A stretch of 64,000 nt of DNA. It comes from Chrysomallon squamiferum (Eukaryota > Animalia > Mollusca). The DNA is taken from assembly GCA_012295275.1 (NCBI GenBank), contig CM022673.1, positions 12,710,001-12,774,000 of the forward strand. Direction: 5' to 3'. Position 1 is the first letter of the stretch. Each line of letters starts with the position of its first letter. This document shows, piece by piece, positions 40,450 to 54,657 of this stretch. Below the pieces are notes generated by a model. The model ran no database searches. It was given only the letters and a program-made list of their open reading frames with translations, and had not been told where the DNA came from. Position numbers and translations under genes: made by a program.

Positions 40450-43400
40450 AAAACACATACATACACATATACACAATTATAGATATTTTATAAATGTCAC
40501 ATGTTAAATCTCTTTCCAGTTTCATATTTACAAACACGTGATTTCACATGTTGATTCCTACCATTCACTGAGAGTTTTGTTTTATAAAGTGAAGAGAGAT
40601 GAATTTATTAACTGTGTGATTTAATGACTGACTGAGTTTTATTTCACACCAGTGTTGATCAATACAGCACATCAAATCCACTTACTAACAGTTCCACTGC
40701 CATTTCAGCATTTCCTCTGTGTTATCTGCAACTGTCTGCTCCAATCTGAGACATCTTGGAGTCTGCAGAATGCCAGGAAGGAGCTCTGCCATTGTTACAA
40801 GAAAACTGCATGTGGAGGGAAGCAACAGAGTTTGAGATGTCTGTAAATGTCACGGATTTTTGTTGTTCCGTCACACATTTATTTCTAATTATCTTGTGGT
40901 TTCAATATTACCCACAATTCCAGACGGTTTTGCTCCTTTTGCCAGTTTCACAATTGTTTGTAATTTTGTTTTTTTTATATTTACCCACAATTCCATATGG
41001 TCTAGGATATTGGATGCTATTGATGAATGTCATATTGTCTGTCATCTCTTTGTATGCTGGTTTCAGCTCCAGGGTAAAACAAACCAAATTTAGATCTTCA
41101 AATGAGCAGTTATTTCAAGACTTGAAATTACTTTCACAAACATAATAGTCACATATCAGCAAGCCCCTGTATGATAAACATGTCTGATACATACTGAGGT
41201 CAAATCAAGAAATGTTTATCAGCATATTTTTAAAAGTTGTATAGATATACTTACGATTAAGGGTAAGTATAGATAAGAAGAATTCTCTGATATGATTCTG
41301 TGTGATGTTAATTTTATTACTGACATGGGCACAAAATCCAAGTTTCTGAGTTGTCAGTACAAACTGGTATTAAATTTGATTTAACCAGAAACGTTGGCTT
41401 GCTGAGGATGTAAGTGTGATAATGTATGATATGAAACAGACACAGAAAGATAGACAGACAGACAGAGAGAAAGTGAGATAGAGAGAAAAGAAGAGCAAGG
41501 AAAGAGAGAAGGAGAGAAAGGAAAAAGGGAGGGAGATATAGAAAGAGACCAATTAAAAGAAAATCAGAAAGAAAGAGAAAGAGAAAATATAAAGTCAGAG
41601 ATAGAGAAAAAAACTCTATACATTATCAAAACTAAAAATACAGATTTACAGAGATAATGCCAGGTAAGTACAAACAAAATCAGAGAGAGACAAAGAGTGC
41701 TACAGAGAATGTAAGAGAGATAGAATGAGAGTGAGAAAGAAAAACAGAGAAAAACAAGAAGATGCAGACAATGAGAGCGAGAGAAAGAAAGAAAATGTGA
41801 GAGAAAAAGAGCAAGAGAAATAGAAAGTGAGAAAGAAAAACAGAGAGACATGGAGAGAATGAGAGATTGAGAGAGACTGTTTCTTTACAACACATGTACA
41901 AACAGGTACTTCACAACCACATTGTTTTTGACAGGAAAGTCCTTAACCATCAATTAAAAAACCCACCTCCACCAAACTCACAATGTGCTGACAACGTCAT
42001 TAACTTGCCACGATGACTAAAACATCAGCGATGTCACACAAACTGTTAGTGATTAGTGACAGCTTAATCAATCAGTCACAGTCTCAATATCAACACTCGA
42101 GAGAATTCACGTGTCCCTGCATCTTAATATCAACTACGAAAATTAGCAAAAGAACACGACAGCATGAAAATACATCAGTAATTTACTATTATTATAAAGA
42201 AAAAGTTAGCTAGGAAGAAGAATAAATAAATAAATAAATAAATAAACAGATAAACAGACAATAAATAGTAAAATGAATAAATAAACAAACAAAAATAAAA
42301 ACAGAAGAAGAAGAAAAGAAAAAAAGGAAAATGTAAAAGTAATGTTAATTGTTTTATTTTTTATTTTATAATTAAAATGTGTTAAAAAATATTCTGTTAC
42401 TTGTTAGATAATCTTTTTTTTGTGTTACACAATGATGTCTTTGATAGTCTTTTATGCTGGATTAATGGATTTTATGCTGGAATACACAACAGGCAGGATA
42501 GATTCATTTAGATTTTGTGAATTACAGTTAAAAAATGGAAACACGAATACAAAAAAATGTTTTTATTTTCTTTCTACTTTTTAATTTCTTCATTTATCTA
42601 TCTGTCTGACTTACTGTTTTTTCTATCTATCTGTCTGTCTATTTGTCTGTCTGATGGTCTATCTATCCATCTATCTATTTATTATTTATTATTAATACTG
42701 CCGCTACTACCAGAAATATTATAATAATAATAATTGTTATTATTATATTATTTATACAACTATTTCTATATCATTGTTATTGATATTATTATTATATAAT
42801 TATTGCTGCAATTATTATTACTATTATTGTTATTGTTATTGTTATTTTTAATGTTTATTTATTTATTCATTTATTTGTTTATTTATTTACTTATTTACTT
42901 ATTTACTTACTTATATTTATTTATTACTGTTATCGCCTCAGTCAAAAAAAAAACACCCTCAGAAACAGTAACAACATTAACACACTCTTTCAATCTGCCA
43001 TCACAGCTTGTGTTTTTTCTAAAAAAAATAAAAGCTTTTCACAATTTTTTACTGAAACAGTGTAACAGAAGTTGACTGCAGAAAGATATTTTCAGAACAC
43101 CTGAAAAAACACTTTCATCTAAAAATGTGGACTATTCAATCTATTAATAAAGAAAGTCTTTTAAGTACGATGATTTCTACCTGTATTTCTTAGCATCAAA
43201 GAGTTTCTGTAAACTCTACAAAAAATAGTCCCTTGTAATTAAAAATAAAATACTCAAAAATTATAAATGAGGAACTTTGTACACTATTTATTTAAAAAAA
43301 AAAAAAATTCAAAAGATAAATTTGATAAATTGTTATTATACTACCTTTATTTTTAAATTTATAATGAGGTGTAGATGCATATACATATATATTTTATTTT

Positions 43401-45293
43401 ATTAATTTTTAATTGATTTTATTTGTTTGTTGCTGGGTTTGTTGTTGTTTTTTTTCATTTTATTTTGTTATAATTTGATTTATTTATTTGTATTTTTATT
43501 TATTTATTTTATATTTTATTTATGTTTTTATTTTAATGTTTTGTTGTATATTTATTTTACTTTATTTGGATATTTTATTTTATTTTTACTAGTTTCATTT
43601 TATTATATTCTATTTTATTAGTTTTGTTTTATTTTATTTTAAACAATAACAAAAACACAAATACAGTAGTTGTTTTGAAACAATATACAAATATATGCTG
43701 TGAAAAAACATTATTTAAATTTTTTACTTTTTTTTTTATAATTTTTTACTAATTGTGACCTATAAGAAAATATGATAAAAATAGTACTGTTGTTTAAATC
43801 TTTCTAATTCAGACCAGTTAAAAATATGAAAAAAAAACTCTTACTAATTATTACCAATCAGAATACATGACAAAAACAGTATGGGAAAAAACAATATCTC
43901 ACTAATTACAACCAATCAGAAAGTACAATCCATATCTCTGCATTACAGTCAAACCAATATGGCAGCCTAACAGCAGAGAGCAAGAAATGATTGAGTGTTA
44001 TTAACAGTAATAACATGATCTGGTTAGTCCTGTACAGCACAGTGTATGTTGTTACTGCATTTAATGTCTGTCTTTATGTCATCATTTCTTTACTGCTTTA
44101 CAGACTGAGGCTGTTTACACAGGTTTCACATCAGACACTGATACACTGCAGGGGCTAATATGACATTTTGGGGCTGATAAGTGTGTTTCAGGTTGATACT
44201 GTATTTGAGGCATATATCATATTCAGACTGATGTTATGTTTGAAGCTGCTATGTTTTTGAGGATGATGTATCATTTGAGGATCATCAGACATGTGATAAC
44301 AACCTGTCCATGGCTTGGACTAATACTACATACCTGTCTAATAACAATAATATTATGTGTTATATCAAGTTGTAGACCAATGCTATTTTACAACATCAAG
44401 CCATAGGCCAGCATCAAGCCATTGGTCAACATATGTCATAGGCCAGCATCATATGTTAGGCCAACATCATTTAACAGAACAGTATCATGTCAAGTGCCAA
44501 CCACTGTCTTGTCACAGGTCAGAATTAAGTCATTATCCTGTCAGTCTAACGTGATATTTGATGTGAAGATAATTACTGAGGTCAGTATGATATCTCAAGT
44601 TACAGAATTGATCTGTAACATCTGATGTGTAACACTGAAACCCAGCAGGGTAATTGTGCAATGTACACCAGCCCAACATGACAGCTCAATCACATCCTCC
44701 GATAATCAATACACACAGCTGCTGCTGTTGTTGTTGTTGTTGTTGTTGTCGTCACATCTCCGCCGTGGTCGTGTTTCAGACCCAAGGTCAGACTAGTTAA
44801 GACATTTTTACGTCTTCTTGTTCAGTTTGCTGACGAATCTGTAAATCACGACGTATCTGATTACACATCTCATTTTAGCTTTCAGTTTGTAGTTGTACTG
44901 TTTGTCACAGTAAAAGTGTTAATTACATACTTTGTTGAAACTGTTCAGTGTTAAAGGATTAATACATAGTTTAGTTGCAGTTGTACTCTTTGTGAAATGG
45001 TGCTGGCTAGGAAAGGGTTAACTAATATAATTTTTGTAAAATAAAAAATCTGAAAAAATATGTTAACCTCACTCCACAGGTTATGTTTAAGAATTAGCAG
45101 CAAGAAATATTCTGAATGCACCTTCCCATGGGCAAAAATATGGACATACACAAGCCTTGATAAACCAAGAGCTGAGCCAGTGGCTGGAACATGAAATAAC
45201 ACAATGAAGACCATTAAGAAAAACTCTGATTCCCAATAATTTTAAACTTCTCTTTGTAATTATTAGTTAGTTAGGTCATGAAGACTCCACATA

Positions 45294-45333
<40 letters not shown>

Positions 45334-46034
45334 AAAAATATATAATAATAATAAAATAAAATAAAATAAAAATTAGAAAATGAGTTCAGCATGCAATTAC
45401 TCTTAAATGATTTTTAAAAAATTATTTCTTCCAGTTTCCTCTGAATAATGACATAACTGAAACGTTTAATTCGCAGACGAAGATGTTAAATCAATGTTGC
45501 ACCCTGAAGCATTTTCTTCTTTCATTCAAATACTTTTGTATCTCTCCAACAGAAGAGCATCTCAACCAAAATTATGAAATAGCAATTTTCTAAAAAAAAA
45601 AAAAAAAAAAAAAAATTCTTCATTTTTTGTTTCCGTTTTAGTTTGAATTTATTTTCCTTCTTATTATTATTGTTGTTGTTGTCATGTTGTTGTTGTTGTT
45701 GTCATGTTGTTGTAGTTGTTATTGTTATTGTTATTTATTTAATTAGTTAGTTATTGTGTTATTTATTGTTGTTTCATTTAAAGCATTTTAAATGTTTCAA
45801 ACAGGAAAATAGATATAAAATTTTATTAACTGCACATATTTAAATTACAATATTCAGTTTTTATTCTTCCTTGAATACTAAAATTTTTATCACTATTGCA
45901 TATTATTTTTAATTATTTTAAATTTTTTTATTTTTTATTTTGGTTAACATAAAAAAGAGTTTGGTAAGAAAATGCAGCTTTAACAAATGTATTATCTTTT
46001 TTTTACTAATATTTTAGATTAATCAACTTAATCA

Positions 46035-46225
46035 CGTTCATCAATTAATAAAATTAATCAGGGGTAGATCCAAAACTGTGAACGAGTGGGCACGGCTATT
46101 GCAGTGAATAGATCTCTCAAATAATTAACTAGGGGCAAATCCAGTTTTCAGAAAAGTGAGGACCACAGTTTTTGTGGTGAAAAGAACTTTCAAATAATTA
46201 ATTAGATTTCAGAATGGGGGGAATA
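46035..46225. repeat. ~75-bp diverged tandem triplication with AGGGG(T/C)A(G/A)ATCCA heads
   Basis: AATTAA-CAGGGGTAGATCCA and AATTAACTAGGGGCAAATCCA; TCAAATAATTAA repeats. Confidence 0.55.
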
Positions 46226-46689
46226 TCACTGTGGCAGATGTAACTTTGAAAATTAAACGTTTTTAATTATAAAGAAAAAAAATTGAATAACTGGCATAAA
46301 CAGGAATGTTGCATGTCTGCTAAGCTTTTCTTTAGTTCCATGAATGTTAATGAAATTGCAAAGAATTTAAGGTCTGAAGAATTTTTTTTTTTTTTTTTCT
46401 GGTTTCCATTTTGAAATATGCTAAAAATAACAAATCAACATGTCTTGTAATTATAATACACTGTAATAAACTATAAACATGTATGTTGCCAGCTGTTTGA
46501 GAGGCCCTGATTGGAACACAGCAATTTTATTTCCCAATCTAAATGTGCTCTTATATCAGAGAGGTGTCCAGTTGATTTTGTTCTTAGTATTTTGATAATT
46601 AATTAAATATTTCTGTTACTAAAGCTTTGTAGACATCCAGGTTCAAGAAAGAAACCTGCATTTGTCTGGTTAATTATGAAAAGCTGGCA

Positions 46690-46770
46690 GTAGTGGTAGT
46701 AGTAGTAGTAGTAGCAGTAGTAGTAGTAGAAAAAATAATTGTTATTATAGTACTATTTATAGTAGTAGTT

Positions 46771-46811
<41 letters not shown>

Positions 46812-46950
46812 ATTGTTATTATAGTATTGTTTATAGTAGTAGTAGTAGTAGTAGTAGTAGCAGTAGCAGTAGTAGTAGCAGCAGAAAAAATAATTGTTAT
46901 TATAGTACTGTTTATAGTAGTAGTAGCAGTAGTAGTAGTAGTAGCAGTAA
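46690..46950. repeat. (AGT)n trinucleotide region with duplicated spacers
   Basis: Long AGT/AGC runs separated by repeated AATTGTTATTATAGTA. Confidence 0.9.
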
Positions 46951-47303
46951 CAGTAACAACATCAACAGATGTAGTGGCTTTCACAGTAGCTACAACAACA
47001 CATATTTCATTGAACCAAATTGTAATTAGATCAGATTTGAGAGCAGAAGTCAAGCCCAGTACAACATATCTTATTACAAACGTAGAGACATGAAAATGGC
47101 TTTTCTCAAGAGACTGTTAGCAAATGATGGTTTGAGATGAAGAAATGGAAATTCAGCTAATCAGAATAAATCTCATGAACTCAGGAATACGACACGAAAA
47201 GCTCTCCGTACAGGAATAATGATTACAGATTTATCTGGATGAAAAACTTCAACTGGTCAGCTAATCGGATGTCATAATTGTTTGCTTTAATAAAAATAAA
47301 ATT

Positions 47304-47371
<68 letters not shown>

Positions 47372-48780
47372 GATGGAAAAGGAAAAAAAAAAGTGAAAAC
47401 AGAAAGAAAGAAAGAGGAATAGATAGAAAGAGAAAATGTATGTAAAGAATGTATGTATGTATGTATTTACAGACAGACATGTATGTATGTATGTATGTAT
47501 GTATGTATGTATGTATGTTTGTATGTATGTATGTATGTAAACACATAGAGAGAAAAAAAACCCAGAATGACACATAAGAGAAAGTGAGGTGTTTGTGTGA
47601 GAAACAGAAACAGAAAAAAAAAATGGTGAGAAAGTGAGAGAAAAAAATAAAACCTTTAGAAAAAAAAAAAAAGAAGAAAAAAACAGGAAACACATTAAAA
47701 AAACATATATATTTATTTTGCCACTAAGGTTTGAAAAAAACCCAGTGTTTGACCAGAAACAATAAATAAAATAATTATAGCTCTGGATAAAGTTTTCTTT
47801 TTTATGATGTCAGATTTAAATAAATCATTTATTTTATGTATTGACATAACAGACTGTAATATCTTACTCTGACATTAATGTTGTTTATTTTTCTACTTCA
47901 TTATGAAAATCATGTTGACAATTGTCATAAAATTAATTATGTTTATGAGTGAAGGAAACCTTTATTGTTTTTATCTTTATTTTATTTGTAATTGTCTCTT
48001 TTATTACTTAACCACGAGCATAATGAGAATTAATTTCCTGTACAGTGTATCCATAGAAACAAATAAATTAATGTTTATCCACACCTTGACAAAATTTACA
48101 ACAAAAAGTTATTAGATTTTTGTAAAATAAACTAGATGGCTCTATTTATTACCAACAAAGGATCTTTTAAAATTTCCCCAGTATGCAAAACAAAATATCT
48201 AAGCTTTTTATTATTAGCTTGTCATGGAGCTCAGTTTGGAATGGGAATATTCAATTGAATGAAATAAAACTGAAAATTAAATACTACTGTAAAAGTATAA
48301 CAAGGTTTTTTTTAAATATCAATTTAAGAAAGATATGATAAAAAGAAGAAATAATTAGTAACAGAAAGAAAGAATGAGAAAAGATTCAAATTTCTTTTAT
48401 TTTTTTTTATTTTTTTATTTTTTTATTTTTTCTATATGTGTTTTTTCGGTGATCGTGTTTTGAACAATGGCTTGTTTCACCAATGAATAAAAAGAGAAAA
48501 CAGAAACAAAAATAACTGTCAATCAAACTGAGTAGAGAGTCAAAACAAAAATCAAATGAAAACAATGTGTGAGCAGTTTTTTCTACTTGTTGACTGTGAC
48601 AGATGAATCAGAGTTGTATACAAACTAGGATATCTTACATTCTGATTCCTTCATTTTAAACAATAAAAATTATTTATTATCATCATCATTATTTTCTATT
48701 ATTCCTTAACTTTAAAGAATAAACTGATTTCATTAACATCATCATCACAATAATAATAACAATAATCATCATCATCATCA

Positions 48781-48812
<32 letters not shown>

Positions 48813-51309
48813 TCTTGTTTTTTATTATTTTGAAGACATTAGTCTTTCTTCTTTCAATTTTGTTTTTTTTCTGTTAGAAATTTATTTTTATCTTATCTCT
48901 ATTTTGTTTTGGCTTTTTGAAGTGTTCTCTCTTTTTTTTTTTTCCAATTTTAAACATTTAATTTATATTCTCCTTTGAAAGTATTAATCTTTCTTTTTTT
49001 ACATTTTCTATTTCCTGTTGCATATTTCTTTTAAACTGTTATTTTTAAAACTTTTACATGTGACCCATCACACAGAATCAAGCCTTAAGTCAAGTGGCCA
49101 AAAAAATGAGCTTTAGGCATAATTAGTGGAGTCAAATAAAAAAAAATATATATATATATATATTTTTTTTTTTATGTACTTTATCTGTTTCATCCAGGGA
49201 TGAAATTGAAGATATTAATCCTAAAATGTGTTTTATAGCACTTTTATGAACAAACATGATTTGCTTGAGAAAAAAAAAAAAACTGAATTTTTTGGCATAT
49301 CTCTGGAACTGTAAATGATTAATAGAGAATGAGGTATCAAAATGAAATTTATGGAATGAAGAATCTGAAAATGTTTAAACTTAAAATGTAACTTAAGACC
49401 TAGTTTTGTACGACAGATCACATACATTCTTGCACCAAACAGAACATTTTTTCTATTTTTATAATTCATAGCTAACATTCTCTCAAGTACTGGCTAATTT
49501 CAAGAAAAAAAAACCAACACATTCTTACATTAATTAGAGAGGCAATCTCAGAACTTCTCAGAAAAAGAAAAAAAAAGATGCTTTGAAATGACAGATTAAA
49601 GAGTAAATCAGAAATAATTTTCAATCATACATTTTGTGATATGAAGAAAGTGTCTTAATAAATTCTAAGTTATGTTTCATTTGGTTGATTTTTCTTGGAT
49701 AAGGTTCAAGGGTTTTGTTGGTTAGTTTATATTTGTATTTTTATTTCCCAATCTGAATTTAATAATCAAGTATATGTGGGTACCACAATTTTTTTTGAAG
49801 TTGTGACATCATCTGGAGATGAGTAAAATACAGCTACACATCCACAATAATATCATGGCTCCAGTTTTCAAATGGAAGAAGGCAGCATTTAAATGTTTTG
49901 TTATGATGCATTATTCTACTGTATTATGAATGATTATATTTACCAGACAACAGTAAAATTACAGCAGCTTGAATGTATAAAGAATTTTATTTAATTATTT
50001 ATTCACACTACAACATGTTCACTTTAAACACAGTTGCTGAAATTTTAATTTTTACAAATTACATTTTCTTTTTTTATTACTTTTGTGTTATTTTTTATTT
50101 ATTTATTTATTTATTATTATTACTTCTTTCTTTTTTTATTACTAAAATTTATTGATAATATGCATGAAAGTTGTGCAATGGGTCATTCAGTTTAGTATTT
50201 TGCATAAATAAATATTTGTATTTTAGAAACTTTTGAATTGGAAAAACCAGTATTACTGAGAAGACTGAATTTCTGATGAAGAATTTCTAGTGGATTTAAA
50301 TTTTCTTAAATTAAAATATAATATTTCCTTCTTTATTTTTTTCTTTATTTTTATATTTTATTATTTATTTATATATTTATTTATTTATTTAATTTTTTTT
50401 GTTGTTGTTGTTGATTTTTACCAAAATTAATTTTTTTTTTATTTTATAAAATTTATTTTTACGTATTAATGTAACAACACAATCTATTTTCATTTTTCAC
50501 TAATGATTAGTGTTTCCACTTAAAAATAGTCATTTTTATTTCTTTCAATTATTAACTTCATTTATTGTACAATAAATTTTTTATATCTTTTTTATTACAC
50601 CAATAATGTTTAAATTAAAAGTTATATTTGTTTTGAAATAATAGGATTTCCTAAATTTAATTCTCTCATTTTTTATTTCTGCATATAAAATAACAATTTT
50701 CTTCTTGACTTTGCATCATAATATAATTCATAACCTTTTTTCAGAGTTTTAATTTGAAAAAAGCCATTTTTCTTTTTGTAATTTAATCTCAAAAATTTTA
50801 AATTGTATTTTGTCTGAAAATAACAGTCATTATCATTTAATACATAATAAAATTATCAATTTAACTTACAAAATACAGTAATTTTTCTTCATGTTTTGAA
50901 AATGTTTTTGCTGAATTCTCCTTAATTTGAAGAGAATAATCTTTCCTTTAATTTTAAATACATTTTTTGTTTCTTTGTTTGTTTTTGTTGGATTTGGGTT
51001 TTTTTTTTATTGTTGTTGTTTTTTGTGGGTTTTTTTTTTGTTGTTGTTGGGGTTTTTTGTTGTTTATTTTCAATTATTTTCAATTGTTATGTAAAGAAAA
51101 TAGTAATTTTTTAGATCTGGCTCTTTTTATTCTTTATCATCATAAACTTATTACATTTTATTTGAATTATCATCTTTAAATTTTTAAATATTTACTTTCA
51201 TCTTTAATTAAATTCTGAGATATATTTCAGTTTTCATCAAACAGTAATTTATCATTATTTTCTTCTTCAGTTAAGTTTATTATTATTATTGTTGTTGTTA
51301 TTGTTGTTG

Positions 51310-51356
<47 letters not shown>

Positions 51357-51670
51357 CATCATCATCATCATCATAATTTATTAATTACTCAGTTTAATTA
51401 TTATTTAGATAAATAATAATAGATAATTTCTGTTCTAATTGGTTAATTATAAATCATTGTATTTTGTTGCATCTGACATTTTGAAATTATATTTCAATAA
51501 AAAATGTATTAACACAAATTAATGCATTTCAAACAAATAAAGACATTTGATATTTAATAAGAACTACAAATGTTTTAAGTACATCTGTTGGGTTGTTGTT
51601 ATCATTTTCAGGTGCACATGCACCCAAGCACATAATAACATATGTATGTCTGTATGTTTTGTAAATGTGC

Positions 51671-51713
<43 letters not shown>

Positions 51714-54035
51714 GATACGCACACATGCACATACATACAGCTACAATACATACAGATTAAGTCCATATGCACTCATACATACATATTACATAAATTATTT
51801 GTGACACACACACCTACATACATATATCCATACCTATATATATATATAAACACACATACATACATACATATATATACATAACACATGACATTACAAAAAT
51901 AAATATGTACACATGCATTCATATACAAATAAACAGTTCAACATAACAAACAAGAAAACAGCAACAAAAGAACATACAAAAAAAAATGATAGGCTATTAC
52001 CAATCAATACTGCCTGCAAACCCAAATTTTCCTTTCTGATCCATACACACGCAAACACATTCATCAATGTACTAATTATAGTCATCATGTGACACCCAGC
52101 AAGACTGGAACATGGCTAAAACATTGCTTTACACCTGAAGATACTCTGTGACAGAATTAATTACTACCTGCTTGCTTCGTTAAGATCTGATTTTTTAACT
52201 TGATTTATAATATAACAATGGCAGAGAATTAAGAAAGAGAAAAAAAGATCAGGAGAAAGAAAGAAAAAAGAAAGAAAGGGAGAAAATAAATAAAGAAAAA
52301 GAAATGAAAGAAAGTAAAGAATTACAAGTATCCGTTAAACATGTCTGTTATATTAAAATCACAGTAAAATGTTTTATATTAAAATGTTAAGCAAAAGAAA
52401 GAAAGAAAGGCAGATGAAAGAGTTGAGGAAATATAAAGATCCACTGAGCATTAATAATCAAGTCAGTATTTCTGTTTATTCTATAACAAGCAGATTATGA
52501 AACAATAAGCTTCAGAATGAGAATCAGGAGGACATAAAGAGTAAATGAGTTATAGAAAATCTGTTTTTTCAGTTATGAAGTATATTTTCAGACTTTTCTT
52601 TTTAAATATTTGTATTAAAATAATGAAATGCTGAGATAGTGAAAGAAAAAAAGGAAAAAAAGAATGAAAAAGAAAAGATGGAAAGAAACAAACATTAAAT
52701 ATTTATGAAGTATACATTTCTTGTTGTGTTTAAAATGAGAATAATTAAAATATAAAAGGATTAAAGAAAAAAAAAAAAAAAAAAAAACAAACAACTCTTA
52801 GAAAAGAAATACAAATTAAAAAAAAAAAAAAGATTATGAAGAAAGAAGGTAAAAAGTCAAAGAAAAAGAATGTGAAAAAGAATTTAAGAATAAGCAAAAG
52901 AAAAAGAAAACAAAATAAAGATAAAGATTTAAAAAAAAAAAAAAAAAAGATATAAATGTTACAAATTATCAAAGAACAAGGATTCTTTATTTTGTGAAAA
53001 CAAAGATTTAATGTTTTTAAAAATTAATCTTAATTATATTTGGTAATTTGATAATATTTTGTTTCCAGTTTGTAATATTGAAAACAGCAAACACAGATTA
53101 CAAAACAATAAAGAAAGAAATGAAAAAAAAAAAAAATCAAACAAAAAACAACAACAGAGAGATTAAAAACAAATTAGATTTTCAGAAATGAAGAAGTACG
53201 AAACTAAAAAAAAAGATGAAGAATAACAAAGAAAGAAAGAAATTAAGTAAAAGATAAAAAAAAAAAGTTAACAACAAATAATTAAATAAAATAATTAAAA
53301 TGTACATAAAATCCATCATAAATAAAAAAATTAAAAAAGGAAAGAAGAATGAAAGAAGAATGAAAGAAGAAAAAAGGGGGAAAAGGAAACAAGAAATTAG
53401 TAACTTCCATCCAGAGAAATGAAAGAAAGATGGAGGAAGCAAAGAAGGAAAGAGCAAAATTATGCATCCTTTTTGCAAATTCATTGCAACGAAACAGATA
53501 TTAAACAAATGAAACAGAAAAAGAAAGAAAAATAGACAGAAGACAAGAGTATGGACATAAGCAGATAAACACATATTCAAATAGGTGTAGGCAGATATAT
53601 ATATATATATACAGATAAATATATGGAGAGAAACGGATAAAGGATATATAAATATAGAGACCCAAATAGATTACAAACACAGATACAAAGATAGATAGAC
53701 AGATTATTCAGAGATAGATATATAAATAGATATACAGATTGAGAACTAGATAGATATATAAATAGATATACAGATTGAGAACTAGATAGATAGACAGATA
53801 GAAAACACAGAAAGACAGAGGCAAAGAAACAAAGATATTAAGATAGATAAATGGACAAAGAGACCAATAAAACAGTAGAAGTGGATAAAAATAAAGACGT
53901 CTGTTTTTAATAAACAGACTCCAATGAAATCAACAAGATTAAAATCAACTAATTTAAATTATATCAAGCATTAACATACACAAATAGAAATAACAAAACA
54001 ATAAAGAAAGAAATAAAGAAGTAAATAATACTTAC

Positions 54036-54067
54036 AAATAATTACTTTGACTTGAGCTGTTATCCAT
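54036..54067 (-). CDS. TP53I11: Candidate alternative first coding exon: MDNSSSQSNY(L)-KHSS
   Basis: GTTATGG start context; TTT|GTAAGT donor; 32 nt = phase 2; CpG-retaining sequence upstream (~54080-54550). Confidence 0.6.
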
Positions 54068-54579
54068 AACTGCAGGAAATGACGATCACTGTCTCTTTTT
54101 TACCACTCCACTGTCAAACAGCACATAATATTTTCAACAGAATTTTTTAACTTTTGTTACACATCCACTAGAATGCAAATAAACCGTACAAGACCGTTAA
54201 AAACTGGCAGGGCAGCTTTTAACTTCTAACACTGTAAAACAATGTGATATATGCTGTAACACTGTTTTAAGAAGTCTGTAACAATTAAATAAATTCTAGA
54301 AACAATGTTACAAGTTTTAATAGATAGTGTTAACACTGTTACAAACTGTATAACAGTGTTACAAACTGCGTGTCTGTTATAAAGAGTTGAAAACAAATCT
54401 AACAGACTGCTATAAAGTTGATGTGTGCAGAGTAAGGTAGAGGCTACAAGTGTGTGCATCGACAGCTACTGAGTCAATTATTAACTCAAAGAACTGGCTG
54501 GCTTCAAACTGTTAGAGGCGTCTGTCACAACATAAACATATGGACGATAATATTTGAGATGAGAGCTTTGTTGAAGTCT

Positions 54580-54657
<78 letters not shown>

